A program made the position numbers and the translations under genes. A stretch of DNA of 64,000 bases, from the NCBI GenBank assembly GCA_030141605.1, contig JAQGDQ010000741.1, forward strand, positions 15,246-79,245, read 5' to 3'. Shown here piece by piece: positions 1 through 14,212 of this stretch; within the stretch, counting starts at the first letter, position 1, and the number at the start of each line of letters is the position of its first letter. The notes below the pieces were generated by a model. It had not been told where the DNA came from. It saw nothing but the letters and a program-made list of their open reading frames with translations, and ran no database searches. The DNA is from Tubiluchus corallicola (taxonomy: Eukaryota > Animalia > Priapulida).

Positions 1-289
1 GTATTTTAACCTTATTCGCAAGATACAGTAATTTTAAATTTTATTTAGTTAGTGACGTGTGTGCTATGAATGCTCTGATTATTTTTTTCAAACTTTGCAC
101 AATGTTATCTAAACTTGTTTCAAATGACTTATCGTCAAAATGGCTGCGTCTAATGCGAGTTTAAATTTACATGTTTTATGCAGCGTTACGGCTGATTGAA
201 GTCCTGTATGTAAAAAGGCAGCATGTAAGTGATATAGGATTTCAAAACTAAATTTTAAGCTTTATGCTTATGGGGGGTTTTCTAGTGCT
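1..289 (+). mobile_element. TTAA-flanked MITE family A, 3' part
   Basis: Homologous to the 3' halves of 27478-28158 and 35262-35898. Ends ...TTTCTAGTGCT|TTAA. Confidence 0.8.
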
Positions 290-439
290 TTAACAAAATG
301 TTGCACTAATTTTGAAATCGGTTGCCTTTTCCTGGAACAATGAGAAAGGATTATCAGATGGATCGTGACTTGGGACAAAGTGAAAAAGGGCAAAAGGAAA
401 ACATTTCACTTTGCCCCTGAAAAACTGTGACGTATAGAG

Positions 440-1070
440 AGTAAATTTGTTTTAAGCAGAAAGAAAGATAGGTAGGTAGAAAGAACGAGGGAAGGAAGGA
501 AAGAAAAAATAAACAGATAAAGATAAGAGAGGGAGAAAGAAGAAGAGTGAAAGAACGAAAGAGAGGAAAAAGGAAGAAACGAAAACAAGGAGAAAAGAAA
601 ACGAAAGGTAAAAGCTAAGAAACGAAGAAAAAAACAGATAAGAGAGGGAGAAGAAGAAGAGTGAAAGAAAGAGAGGAAAAAAGAAGAGAAAAACTAAAAA
701 GGTGAAAAGAAGCAGGTAGACAAGAAAACGAAAGATAAAAGGAAAGAAAAGAAATAAACAGATAAGAGAGGAGGGAAAAAGAAGAGTAAAAGAAAGAAAG
801 AGAGGAAAAAGGAAGAAAAAACAAAAATGGTGAAAAAAAGCAAGGAGAAAAGAAAACGAAAAAGAAAAAGAAAAAAAGAAATAAACAGATAAGAGAGGGA
901 GGAAAAAAGAAGAGTGAAAGAAGGGAAGAGATAAGAGAAGAAAAAAGGAAGAAAAATTGTGAAAAGAAAACAAGGAGAAAAGAAAATGAAAGATAAAAAG
1001 AAAGAAATGAAAAAATAAACCAACGAATACATGATAGAACAAAGAAATAAAGAATAAAAAAACATGAAAT
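440..1070. repeat. Purine-rich (A/G) low-complexity tract with a degenerate ~125-bp sub-repeat
   Basis: Nearly all A/G. AAACAGATAAGA recurs at about 511, 632, 756 and 883. Confidence 0.75.
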
Positions 1071-1255
1071 GTTGCAAAAAAATATCCCAATCGCTTAAGT
1101 TACAGCAAATACTCTACTGAAGATACTTTCTTGGGGGAAAGCCCAGGCTTAATAACTTAATAAGGCTTAATAGATCTCTGAAGTTAACTTGGTATATTGA
1201 TCATCATGTAGGCACAAAAGCTCAGGTGGTACTACTTACCGAATTAGTATAATAA

Positions 1256-1600
1256 CTAGCAAAGACCCCGCAAAAAATTTGCGTATAAATACACTTATAA
1301 TACGCGAACATCCTACATAGTCCTCATTTATGACGCAAAGCCAGTAGCAGCTTTTACTGAATTAAAGTTATAAGCTTATGGGCAGAGTATAATGGATGAC
1401 GTCAGAACAATCCCTTTTCCAAGCGAAATTTGCCTAAAATAGAACATCTAATTAACTCGTCGTACTCCTCTTGGTGGACGTGCCCTAAAATATAGCCTAC
1501 ATCATCGTGTAGCCCTGTTCTTCCTCTTTCTAAAGAGCTATATATCTCCTTTCGAGAGTCCCACCAGGCGCCGCTAGAACGTTTTCTCCAAATGTATTAA
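1256..1600 (-). mobile_element. Helitron-like non-autonomous fragment (3' end at 1256)
   Basis: The minus strand ends CTAG|T about 8 nt after a CGCAAA-AAA-TTTGCG hairpin. It is flanked by ~85-bp imperfect direct repeats (1177-1255 and 1607-1690). The 5' end is not defined. Confidence 0.45.
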
Positions 1601-1876
1601 TAAATCTCAGAAGTTAACCTACTATATTGATCGTCATGAGACACAAAAGCTCAGGTGGTACTTACTACATCACAAATTAGTAGAATAATAAGCATTTTCT
1701 AAACAAGCAGTTGGATGATTTGAAACACAACCCTATTGATTGCTGTTGTAAATAGGAATGTTAGCCAGATAATCTACTACTTATAAGACGAGAATTGTTC
1801 AAGTTATACATTCTTGTAGGTTGAGAACCCGACCCATGATTCACCCTAATCACTTCCCATGTTTGTCCGTGCAATT

Positions 1877-2252
<376 letters not shown>

Positions 2253-3314
2253 GAAATTTTATTAACAGTGTAAATAAATCATTACAGCGAATTTTACAAA
2301 AAATCTCTCTAAAAAACCAGCGGACGAAGCAAAGGGCAGCTGTGATAATTATATCTAAATCGATAACAATATTTTCAATGGCAATTATTGGTACACGTTT
2401 AAAATCATATGAGCAGATTTACGAATGAACATGATGTTATTGCAATTGTAAAAAAAAACACTTTTAAATCAGTAAAGTTCAAATCGTTAATTTTTCCCTC
2501 TTATTTCCTCTGTTCTAGCGCAGTCGCACACAACCTGGTTTTCAGTTTGCACACTCCCACAGGTCCATAACCTCTGATTTTATGGGATTCTTGACCAACG
2601 GCCAGTCTCTATTGCCAGCCGGTGAGAAGAAAGACGTAATTGCGATGTAACTATGCGTTGATAGTCCGCTGGCGTTTCGTCCATTAGACTGCACATCTTA
2701 TGTACCAAGAGGTCAGATTCAAACTGCAGACATGTGTTCCAAATTGTGTACGCTGTGACCTTCGAACTGATTCTTTGCGTTTTTTATAATAATAATAATA
2801 ATAATAATAATAAATTTATTTGGAAGTGTAAATACAAATACAATATCAAGAAACACTGGGAAAAAATAGATATTAATAATAATGATTATATGACAGCGTG
2901 CATAGAATAAATGGCAGGAACCAGAAGTAAAACTTGTTAGGTGCTTGCACCATTATAAACACGTCAAAATAATGAGAAAAAAGGGTAAAAAACCCGAAGG
3001 TTTTTGGGCAATTTAAAAAAAGAGTTGTGCAAAGTAAGGAAAGAAGTGATGGATAAGAGAATGTTCAAAAGGGTAGGAAGAGTGGCTTGTGGAGATTCGG
3101 CTCATGAGATGACGAAGCACTCTGGATTCTACTCTAAAAGAACACAAAGTTGTGACTGTTGCGTCACACAGGAACAGTAGGTGGTTATCAAGACTAGTTT
3201 ATATAAGAAGCAAACAGATGTCGTTTAACTGACATTTTAAAGTGGTAAATGTTACACTCTGGATTCTACTCAAAAAGAACACAAAGTTGTGACTGTTGTG
3301 ACTGTTTGTGATGT

Positions 3315-3603
3315 CTGGTTCTATGTGACCGGCAGCTAGAATTCTGGTTCTATGTGACCGGCAGCTAGAACTCTGGTTCTATGTGACCGGCAGCTAGAAC
3401 TCTGGTTCTATGTGACCGGCAGCTAGAACTCTGGTTCTATGTGACCGGCAGCTAGAACTCTGGTTCTATGTGACCGGCAGCTAGAATTCTGGTTCTATGT
3501 GACCGGCAGCTAGAACTCTGGTTCTATGTGACCGGCAGCTAGAACTCTGGTTCTATGTGACCATCAGCTAGAACTCTGGTTCTATGTGACCGGCAGCTAG
3601 AAT
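3315..3603. repeat. 29-bp minisatellite, 10 copies
   Basis: Unit CTGGTTCTATGTGACCGGCAGCTAGAA(C/T)T, period 29. Confidence 0.95.
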
Positions 3604-3874
3604 TGCGTTCAAGTATCTAGCACCTGATGTACATAATTTCTTATCTTGTAACTTTGATTGACCGTATTGAAAATGTTCAAAGATACTTCACTAGATGTTT
3701 ATGTAGAACATGTAACATAAACTATACAGATTACTTTCATAGACTACAAATTCTTAAGTTACAGCCATTAGAAATACGAAGGTTAATTTTTGACCTAAAA
3801 TGATTTACAAAATTTGTAATAATCGTATACGATTACTGTTTCATCACTTTTTTGCGCACGCACCCCATTTTGGG

Positions 3875-4158
3875 CTCAGGGGAACTTGACTTTAAATTTC
3901 ATAAAAACTACTGCAGACTGAATATTTGCAAATTCTCTTTTTCTGACAGAGTCGTAGATATTTAGAATTCTTTATGACACAGCTAATGCCTCTAATATTA
4001 AACATTTTACCTCATTGTTAGAGAATGAAAACTTGTTTATTGTAAATTTGATCGTAACTTGTTTACAGAGAGCCACCTATAAGCGCTCCGCCTGGTGGGC
4101 TTCTCCCTTTTCTCTTGTGTTACACTGTAATATTATTTCGAAAAGAATAAATAAAAAA
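3875..4158 (+). mobile_element. CR1-clade LINE 3' fragment (decayed)
   Basis: Translates LRG..FKFHKNYCRLNICKFSFSDRVVDI*NSL, resembling the CR1 ORF2 C-terminal RGH..K....RK..FS.RVV..WN.L pattern. AATAAA and an A-rich tail at ~4146. Confidence 0.65.
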
Positions 4159-4483
4159 GTCAAATTAATTCATGAGGTATGTTGAGTTTTAAATTACTGG
4201 ATGTTACCCATTCTTTTTTCGACTGGAACGAGTGTTTTTACCTGCTGGAATGGCACTTTTAGCCTTTGGTTCAGACCCTTTAAGTTTATTTCATGAAGAA
4301 ATTGATATCACATCACGCCACAGTTCACATTAGTCTCGCAGTTCTTGGACAAAGGGAGACTTGCACGTAGTAAAATAAGTAAATCACTTGGTTTACACTA
4401 ACAATAGAAAACTTAACAATAGAATAATAATAATTGTATTCTAAAGTTACACTGATTTACACTACTTTAAAACTGTTGTTTAC

Positions 4484-5150
4484 CTTATCAAAGCTTAAAA
4501 AATCGTCTTGAAATTTTATACCACGCTTACTTACTGCCTTTTTGCATACTGGGCTTGCGTCGGCAATAACGTTGTATAAAACTTGCAAATTTAAACTCTC
4601 GCGATGACTGTTAGACGCAGCCATTTTGACGATATGTCATTTGAAACAAGTTTAGGTAACATTGTGTAAACTTTGAAAAAATAATCAGAGCATTCGTAGC
4701 ACACACGTCACTGACTATTTAAAATTTTAAATTACTGTATCTTGTCAATAAGATTAAAAATACGCTTTTTTGGTTATTGAGTGGTGCAGCCTGGAGGTAA
4801 GTCAACGACATTTTAACAATTGATGAAAACATTTTACCTAAGTAATTTGTAATTTTCTTTTCTAGTTACATAAGTCTTTTAAGTAAGTAAGAAATGCCAA
4901 GTAATGTAACTTTGCATAGAAAGTTTTTTTGGGACATAGTTTAACATTTCCTTTTCTTCCACTGATTTACGTTGTGCATACATGACGTCATGTAATGGCG
5001 CCGTCGGAACAGTATCCCGGGAAGTTTAAAAAGAAAACAAACAAAAAATCCTTTTAACGCGACTACGACAATTATACATAGAATTGCTCTAAGCAGTATG
5101 GTTTTTTAAGGTAATTTTTCTGCACCTACTGTACCCCTTTTCTGGTCGTT
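4484..5150 (-). mobile_element. TTAA-flanked MITE family A, reverse copy
   Basis: The reverse complement matches 35262-35898 over most of its length (e.g. GACGCAGCCATTTTGACGAT..CATTTGAAACAAGTTTAG). Termini are degraded. Confidence 0.8.
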
Positions 5151-5324
5151 CAAAGCAAGACATGATCTACAGTATATAACAACCATTGTTTACTTTATTA
5201 TAATTAGTGGCTGGCGCAAATAAGATGCTAAATAAGGTGCTTTATCCCGTGTACGAAATCAGCGAGGGCCCCGGGCGTCCATATTTAACAATAATTTTTA
5301 ATCACATTTGAAATCATAAAGCTG

Positions 5325-5726
5325 AAATCGATGCGTTTCAAAGGCGAAATCACAGAAACATTTTGGGTATTAGGTGGCCAAAGAAGATTTCAAACAAAGA
5401 TCTATATGAAAAAATAGAAGAAGAACCTTGGACAAGAAAAATAAAAAGACGCCGTTTAAGATGGATTGGACATATACTTAGACTACCTGATGATATTCCA
5501 GTGAAGATAGCTCTTCAACAAGCCATTGAACCAGCTAAAAACCTGCAGGAGGACAAATGTTAACATATTTAGATTTTGCACAGAAAGATTTAAACACTTC
5601 AGCATTGATCCTTAGGAATAAATCCACTTGGGGCATTGCGTCGAGCAGGGAGCCCTGGCATAGGGAGGTGAGCAGAATCATGTCACTGGACGTATGATTC
5701 ATTGTATGATGATGATGATGATGATT
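5325..5726 (+). mobile_element. RTE-like LINE 3' fragment
   Basis: IDAFQRRNHRNILGIRWPKKISNKDLYEK..IKRRRLRWIGHILRLPD matches the post-RT C-terminal pattern of RTE-type ORFs. Ends in a (GAT)n tail. Confidence 0.8.
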
Positions 5727-7800
5727 TAATCACCTGCTGAACTAAATAAAATATTCAGTTTTAACATTTTTACACAAAAACTTGGAACAACAGCACGTAG
5801 ACTTATCAAAACTTATAATAAAAGTATGCAGAGAAAAAACCTTGCTACATACAACGATAGTGGGGAACATTGTACCTCGTGCGTTGACATGAGGGTTACT
5901 ACGATCATTATTTACTACGAGTACTTAAATGCTGCTACTGAAACCCTAATTAAGAAGATCATTGAATGGTTTAAATGGCTTCACCTTCACTAAACTCTTG
6001 CCGGAATTTCTCTAAAAGTTTGGCATTTAGCTGTTTGTTTTGCAGGACCGCTCGACTGTAAGCAAATAAAATCTTTTGAATTTAACTCACGGCTTGTTTG
6101 TTTTCACGTTTAGGTAATCATATCAGGATAAAATGCGCGTTGTCTTGAGGGTGTGGAAGTAGCGTAGATCGTTGAAAAAGACGATCATAAATAATCATGA
6201 TCACAAATAATCTGTTAAATAAAGAACGAAGGTAAATATTTTCTCTGGAAATGGCCTGAAATGGCTCGAAGCATTTTTTCCTAAAAACAGTAGGCAACGA
6301 ACGGTACCCTGAATTAGAATTTCGGACCGAAAACTGGTGAAAATGCTGAGTCCATCAGGGCTTGATTCTAGCACCTGTACTATTTTGACTGTATACAATT
6401 GATCCAGCAGATGCAGTCCTATCCAAAATTTTTCATCTTTGTAAGATATTAGTTGTGTTTTACATTTATGTTAGGAATTCCAAACGGATTTAAACAGCTC
6501 AAAAATGAGGTGCAGAATCAGTCATGGCTTTGGGTCCTTCAATCACCATACTGAAGTTCAGTGAAAGCTCAGAGCACCATATGGACCACATTATTATCTC
6601 ACATTCAACAGTGTAGCTTTCCAACAAGGTGCAGCCCTGTCCCACTACTCATGGGCTTAAAGAGATATTCTCGATGCAAAATGTCCGATCAAATTTTAAA
6701 TAGGATTAACCTCTAAACTCTTGAGGTTCCTAAAATGGCAGTAAAATAGTAAATCACACCAAAGCAGCAGTTCTTTTCAACTAATTTGATTAAAAGAATT
6801 CCCCTAGTTTTAGTTCATTGGTAGTTTTAGTTGAGTAACTTGAGTCACATTTGAAGCAAAAAGGAATCAATGTAGGTTTTGCAACTTTGTGAAGTTATTT
6901 GTTCGGTATTGACTGAGCACATATTAACGAAAAATTAGTTCCAATGTGAATCAATCAAGTTTTTCCAAAGAAATAGTAGGATTCTTAGCCAAAAGTGTAG
7001 CTCTACAACAGCAATTTTTCAGGCAGTCGCTTAATATTTTCTCGAACTGCAAGTTTTTTTGTACTTTTGCTAGGTACTGAAAAAATGTTTTTATTCACTG
7101 GTAACAAATAGTAGTGATGATAATGTACCAGATCAATTCAACATAGTCATGATCGTTAATCGTAATTTCTCTGTGTACACAGTTTGCAAACGTTTTGTTT
7201 TGATTGTTAAAAAACACAGAAAACGTAAAGTTCATCGTGACTTGTAAGACAGTATGTATTCTATTTAAGGTCATATTTTGAAACTTTGCAGCAGTCTATG
7301 CCAAACTTTGCAGCAGTTTTACTACAGTACAGCTGCATTACTGAGGTGTTATTAATTGCTATTTCATCGTCCGTCTAATGGGAATCGTAATTAAAAAGAC
7401 ATCGAGTTGCAATTGCTGTTATCCGATGTACAGAAAGTTCAGAAAAAGTCAGAAGTCTTGTAACGCAACTGAAAACACAAATTAGTGCTTTTCTTTAACG
7501 GTATGCATACAAATTAAATTTCAATTAGAAAATGTCTGTTTCTATTATTGCTGAACAAAAAGAGAAGAGCAAAAGAGAAAGAGAGTGATGAGGATATATA
7601 TATATATACGCGATGCGCGATGTAGCTGCATTTGCAGCCTTCATTGATTTAGTACACAAAATCTCAGTTAAAAACTACTATAGTATCAACATGTAGCTAT
7701 TTTTGCAACCGTTTCAAAATTACCAGATAATAATCTTCAAAATTCAAAGCATATTCACTAATTTATTCATCGTATATTATTTCTGTTATACATACATATA

Positions 7801-8438
<638 letters not shown>

Positions 8439-9113
8439 AAGCCTCATTTATTTCCAAAATAAAATAATTACCAGACAATAATCTTCAAAATTCAAAGCAT
8501 ATTCACTAATTTATTCATTGTATATTATTTCTGTTGTACATACATATATACACACTATGCCAGGTCAGTAATTAATACATCTATAAGCGTTTTGTTCGCT
8601 AAAATGCAAGATCAGCAGTTAATACTAGCTATAACCAAGAAACATACAATGCTTTATTAATATATGATAGCATCAAAATCTGCAAACTTATGATGCACAA
8701 CAGTAATTGGATGTAACGCAGCACTATAATTAGCATAATTGCTTGCTAGATCCTTATTCCAATACGTTATGATTCTTATGCAAATGTTGTAAATGTGATT
8801 GAATGTAGTCTATTAGTCTTGTGCTACTGTGTTATGTCTGTTATCATTGTTTAAGGCATTTTCATTTTAGTTTATCTGTTATTTTGCATACAAAAGGCCT
8901 TAAGCAAATTAGATATAGATAACAAATACGTATATTTCTTTAGTTACTAACGCAATTTTTATTGTAAATTTATAATATATATAATTATTAAACATGTCTC
9001 ACAACAAGCTGCTAATAGTGTCACTCGTTTAGCTAAATAAATATTAATGCCGAAAAAATAGGGGTGGTTGCTAGGTGACCTCTTGGTCTTTCGCCATCCC
9101 GTCTCATTTTTCA

Positions 9114-9368
9114 GACCAGACTGTTTAGTCTAGTGGTAATGCGTCTGCTTTCTGTCTGGGAGGTCGTGAGTTCGAACCAGCGGCCGGGTCATACTAAAGA
9201 CTTTAAAAATGGTACCTGCTGTTGCCCTGCCTGACACGTGGTATCTAGGGTAAAAGTGGGGTAATAATAGTCTCTGTTATGTATTTGTAGGTTGTTATTT
9301 ACAGTCGGCGATAATAGCTCTTTGAGCTAATGTTAATTGTTGACCCAAAAGCCGACTTTAAATAAAGA
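9114..9368 (+). mobile_element. tRNA-derived SINE with a Meta/MESC-like central domain
   Basis: A-box-like TAGTCTAGTGG (9126-9136) and B-box GTTCGAACC (9170-9178), then GGGTCATACTAAAGACTTTAAAAATGGTACC..TGCCTG, AATAAA and a (TAT)n tail. The domain assignment is from memory of SINE consensus sequences. Confidence 0.75.
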
Positions 9369-9641
<273 letters not shown>

Positions 9642-9994
9642 TTACTTACGGTAATTATTAGCAACTAAACCAACTGTATATAGAAACGAGTTACAACCTC
9701 TGCCAAGTAAAAGGTTGGGCGCAAGTGATTCTAAGCTTCTATATATATTTAATATATATACAGCATCTTTTAATGTGGTCAGAAGCTGAGGCTTGTAAGT
9801 CTACTCTCAAGTGGATTTATGGGCGGGGAGAAGCGAGAATGTAGGGATTAGTACAATGAAAAATGAATGAGGGGGGGGGGAGGTATGGTAGTCGTGGTAC
9901 GATAACAACGATACTTTAAAATCAGTTCATCAAAACAAAACCGGATTCAATCTTAAACTTTAGGTCAAAATAATTTACTCTTTAAAATATTGAA

Positions 9995-10322
9995 AGGAAA
10001 CACACTATTTTTTACAAAAATGACTTACGTGAAGGAATTATTACCACACAAACACAATTTCACGTTCGCGCCACTAGTTCTTTGCTGTTACATGCATTTC
10101 GGCATTCTCTAGTTAGATGGGCACTAGCGCCTGGATTTCGGAAATGCCCAAAAGCAGGTGCTGTACCTCTCAATTTAAATAACGGCCCACCCGCCGTTAA
10201 TTAAGATTTTAATCTAGTATTTAATTATCAGAAATCTTTTTGCCGCATTGATTGTGTTAAAGTGTATACTTTTTATCTGACTTGAAAATGGGGTTGTATA
10301 TGAAAAATCATCTTGTCTTCCT
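9995..10322 (+). mobile_element. MITE family C (AG...CT termini), related to 43347-43507
   Basis: 10185-10322 is the reverse-complement homologue of 43347-43507, which begins TTAA|AGGAAGACAGG. The left boundary is tentative. Confidence 0.55.
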
Positions 10323-10420
10323 TTAGTATAAACGTAAATTTATAAAGAGGTTTGCATAACGTAATGCAAAACATAAATAAAAGCAAAAGTACCTTCATCC
10401 TGAGCTGGTTGACCGTGTGT

Positions 10421-10757
10421 TGTAGCTCATGGAAGCAGCCATTTTGCTTCCGGTTTTTCTCTTGCCAAGCTCAGATCTTTGTCTGGAAGAGCCGTGTACT
10501 GGATTTAAACATAACTTCATTGTGCTCTTCCAAAGTCCATAGGAACCAACATTTGTCCGGTTGTTAAGTGTTTTGTAGAGACGCGACAAAAAACAATGGC
10601 TGACTCTAACAGTGATTTTCTCAAGATTATGTTTTTCAGTGTGTAGCCTGCACCTCAACTTCAACGTGGATTATCTCAGCTTAGAAATAACATAGAGCGA
10701 TGAACTTGGTATCAAAATCATCCTCATGAAATGGAGATTCAGGATAAGTGAATAACT
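10421..10757 (+). mobile_element. Unclassified interspersed repeat family D, copy 1
   Basis: About 340 bp highly similar to 22806-23146 (TGTAGCTC.TGGAAGCAG...GGAGATTCAGGATA.GTGAATAACT). Confidence 0.75.
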
Positions 10758-11494
10758 AGAAAAGCTTAGCAGCCGACTTATGAACGACCCTGCTATGCAA
10801 GCAAACACATATGCATTAACTGCCATATTACACTGATATACTGACCACTCAATGGTTCTTTTTCTAGCAGCAATACGTTTATAGTGTTGCTATCAACACC
10901 GGCCATTTGTCCCACCGTCTTCCTTTAACTGTAAGTATTTTAATGGCAATAAAAAAGTTATCAATCAATAAATCTTGTGGTAGTTTCTACATTTCTACAA
11001 GTGGTTTCAGTGGTCAGCTGGAAATTCTACTACTGCTCACTTGGCAATATCAAAGTAATGGATTCAAGTAGTAAGCCGAAAACATTAGACACAGCACCTG
11101 CTACATGATTAGTTAGGAAACTGTAATCATGTTGCAGCCACGCACATTTTCACTGCAACAGCTCCCTATGAGTTGTGTAAATAAGGAAAAGCTGACTAAT
11201 AATTTTATTGTTTTTGATGGCGGCGTTGCGTGTAGAGATAATCGTATGTAGAGCAAACAAACCCGCGTTTTGCGAATTTGTAAATACGGTTAGACTAAGT
11301 GCCTTGCAATGTTTGTATGCATGTCATAACAGCAGCAATGGCAATTACATTGAATGACAATTGTAACGACGTGACAACGACAATTCTAAGGGATATTTGT
11401 GCACGGAAATCGATTAGGTCGGAAAGCATTGTTCCTCCACTGGAACTCCGGCCAAGGTATTTGTAGTTCCACCCACGATGACCGCTAGACGCAA

Positions 11495-11570
11495 CCATCT
11501 TGACGGTAGGTCATTTGAAACAAGTTTAGATATCATTGCGTAAAGTTTGAAAAAAATCATCGGACCATTC
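11495..11570 (-). mobile_element. MITE family A internal fragment
   Basis: CCATCTTGACGGTAGGTCATTTGAAACAAGTTTAGATATCATTGCGTAAAGTTTGAAAAAA matches 4621-4695. Confidence 0.65.
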
Positions 11571-13260
11571 CTCTTTCCAAATCTACTAAACTCTGCTAGG
11601 CATTACCAACTCTGCCAACACTTTTTCCAAATCTACTAAACTCTGCTAGGCATTACCAACTCTGCCAACACTTTTTCCAAATGTACTAAACTCTGCTACG
11701 CATTACCAACTCAGCCAACACTTTTTCCAAATCTACTAAACTCTGCTACGCATTACCAACTCAGCCAACACTTTTTCCAAATCTACTAAACTCTGCTACG
11801 CATTACCAACTCTGCCATCAGTTTTTCCAAATCTACTAAACTCTGCTACGCATTACCAACTCTGCCAACACTCTTTCCAAATCTACTAAACTCTGCTAGG
11901 CATTACCAACTCTGCCAACACTTTTTCCAAATCTACTAAACTCTGCTAGGCTTTACCAACTCTGCTAACACTTTTTCCAAATCTACTAAACTCTGCTAGG
12001 CATTACCAACTCTGCCAACACTTTTTCCAAATCTACTAAACTCTGCTAGGCATTACCAACTCTGCCAACACTTTTTCCAAATCTACTAAACTCTGCTAGG
12101 CATTACCAACTCTGCCAACACTTTTTCCAAATCTATTAAACTCTGCTACGCATTACCAACTCAGCCAACACTCTTTCCAAATCTACTAAACTCTGCTACG
12201 CATTACCAACTCAGCCAACACTCTTTCCAAATCTACTAAACTCTGCTACGCATTACCAACTCTGCTAACACTCTTTCCAAATCTACTAAACTCTGCTACG
12301 CATTACCAACTCTGCCAACACTTTTTCCAAATCTACTAAACTCTGCTACGCATTACCAACTCTGCCAACACTTTTTTCAAATCTACTAAACTCTGCTACG
12401 CATTACCAACTCAGCCAACACTTTTTCCAAATCTACTAAACTCTGCTACGCATTACCAACTCTGCCAACACTTTTTCCAAATCTGCTAAACTCTGCTAGG
12501 CATTACCAACTCTGCCAACACTTTTTCCAAATCTGCTAAACTCTGCTAGGCATTACCAACTCTGCCAACACTTTTTCCAAATCTGCTAAACTCTGCTAGG
12601 CATTACCAACTCTGCCAACACTTTTTCCAAATCTGCTAAACTCTGCTAGGCATTACCAACTCTGCCAACACTTTTTCCAAATCTACTAAACTCTGCTAGG
12701 CATTACCAACTCTGCCAACACTTTTTCCAAATCTGCTAAACTCTGCTAGGCATTACCAACTCTGCCAACACTTTTTCCAAATCTGCTAAACTCTGCTAGG
12801 CATTACCAACTCTGCCAACACTTTTTCCAAATCTACTAAACTCTGCTAGGCATTACCAACTCAGCCAACACTCTTTCCAAATCTACTAAACTCTGCTAGG
12901 CATTACCAACTCAGCCAACACTTTTTCCAAATCTACTAAACTCTGCTACGCATTACCAACTCTGCCAACACTTTTTTCAAATCTACTAACTCTGCTAGGC
13001 ATTACCAACTCAGCCAACACTTTTTCCAAATCTGCTAAACTCTGCTAGGCATTACCAACTCTGCCAACACTTTTTTCAATTCTGCAAAACTCTGCTAGGT
13101 ATTACCAACTCTGCTAACACTTTTTCCAAATCTACTAAATTCTGTTAGGCATTACCAACTCTGCTAACACTCTTTCCAAATCTACTAAACTCTGCTAGGC
13201 ATTACCAACTCAGCCAACACTTTTTCCAAATCTACTAAACTCTGTTAGGCATTACCAAAT
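11571..13260. repeat. 50-bp minisatellite, ~34 copies
   Basis: Unit CTTTTTCCAAATCTACTAAACTCTGCTAGGCATTACCAACTCTGCCAACA, period 50. Confidence 0.97.
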
Positions 13261-14212
13261 TTTTCAATAATTTTTTGAAGTCCTGGCATTTTTAGCTTTG
13301 ACATGCTTCTTTTTACATTTGCAGAACTTTTGCAACTTTGCTAACAGTTCTTTCAACGCTCTCCACTGTTTTGCATATTTTCTTTGCAATCTTGCCAAAT
13401 GTTTCAGCTCTGCCAACATTTCCAGCTACATATCTTTGTTCTTCTTTCAGGCCTGCTAGCTGTTCTTTTCAATTGTTTTAGCCTTTCCTTCAGCTTAGCC
13501 AGTTTCAGCTCTGCTAACTCTGCCTGCCAGTGGAAAATCAACTTAGATTGAACTCTTTGTTCCGGGGGTAACTTTTCCAGTTTCTAGGAAATCTCTAGAA
13601 CACTCTCAAGGTTAATGAGGCAACCTGATTCGCTCAAAAAGAGTAAACTGCTTCGAGTAATGCTTGTTATTTCTTTCCGTTATAAAGCAACATAAATGTT
13701 TCATAGTAATAATAACCTTCTAGAAAAACACACTAATCTGTTCGCGTTTAAGTCGTTACAGTGATGACATACGTTCCAAGATTGTGTGCTAAAGTCGAAT
13801 AAAATGACGTAATTCTTAGCGAAACGGGAAAAATTGAATCCTAAATAAATCATTGCAGTAACACCGAGGGAAGACGAAAATCATAAACTTGTACCGAGAG
13901 AAAATTTAGCAGTGAAAAATGTTGGAGGGGAAAAGAGGGACTTACAGCTGCAGGTGGAGAACTGTGAGTTACGACTCCCTGGAGGTAGTCAGGAGGTGGA
14001 GACACCTGTAAATTTTCTGCTGATGTTTTACATCGTTTTGTCGTTACAATTTTGTCGTTAATTCTTAAATAATTCGTCTATAGAGGGCAGTACTTTATCA
14101 CACCCTGGATCAATGATGCCTGGGGAAGAGAAACCAGGAACTAAAAACTAGAAATACTCCATTGTTTCAACAGGAAGGAGACGGTGCACATTATTGTATT
14201 TGAAGAAATATA

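Noticed and set aside
406-1090. Phe/Leu/Ser-rich membrane-like ORFs
   Set aside because: Reverse-strand translation of a purine-rich low-complexity tract.
9118-9190. Possible functional tRNA gene
   Set aside because: A and B boxes are present, but I could not fold a proper cloverleaf and the sequence continues into a SINE body and tail.
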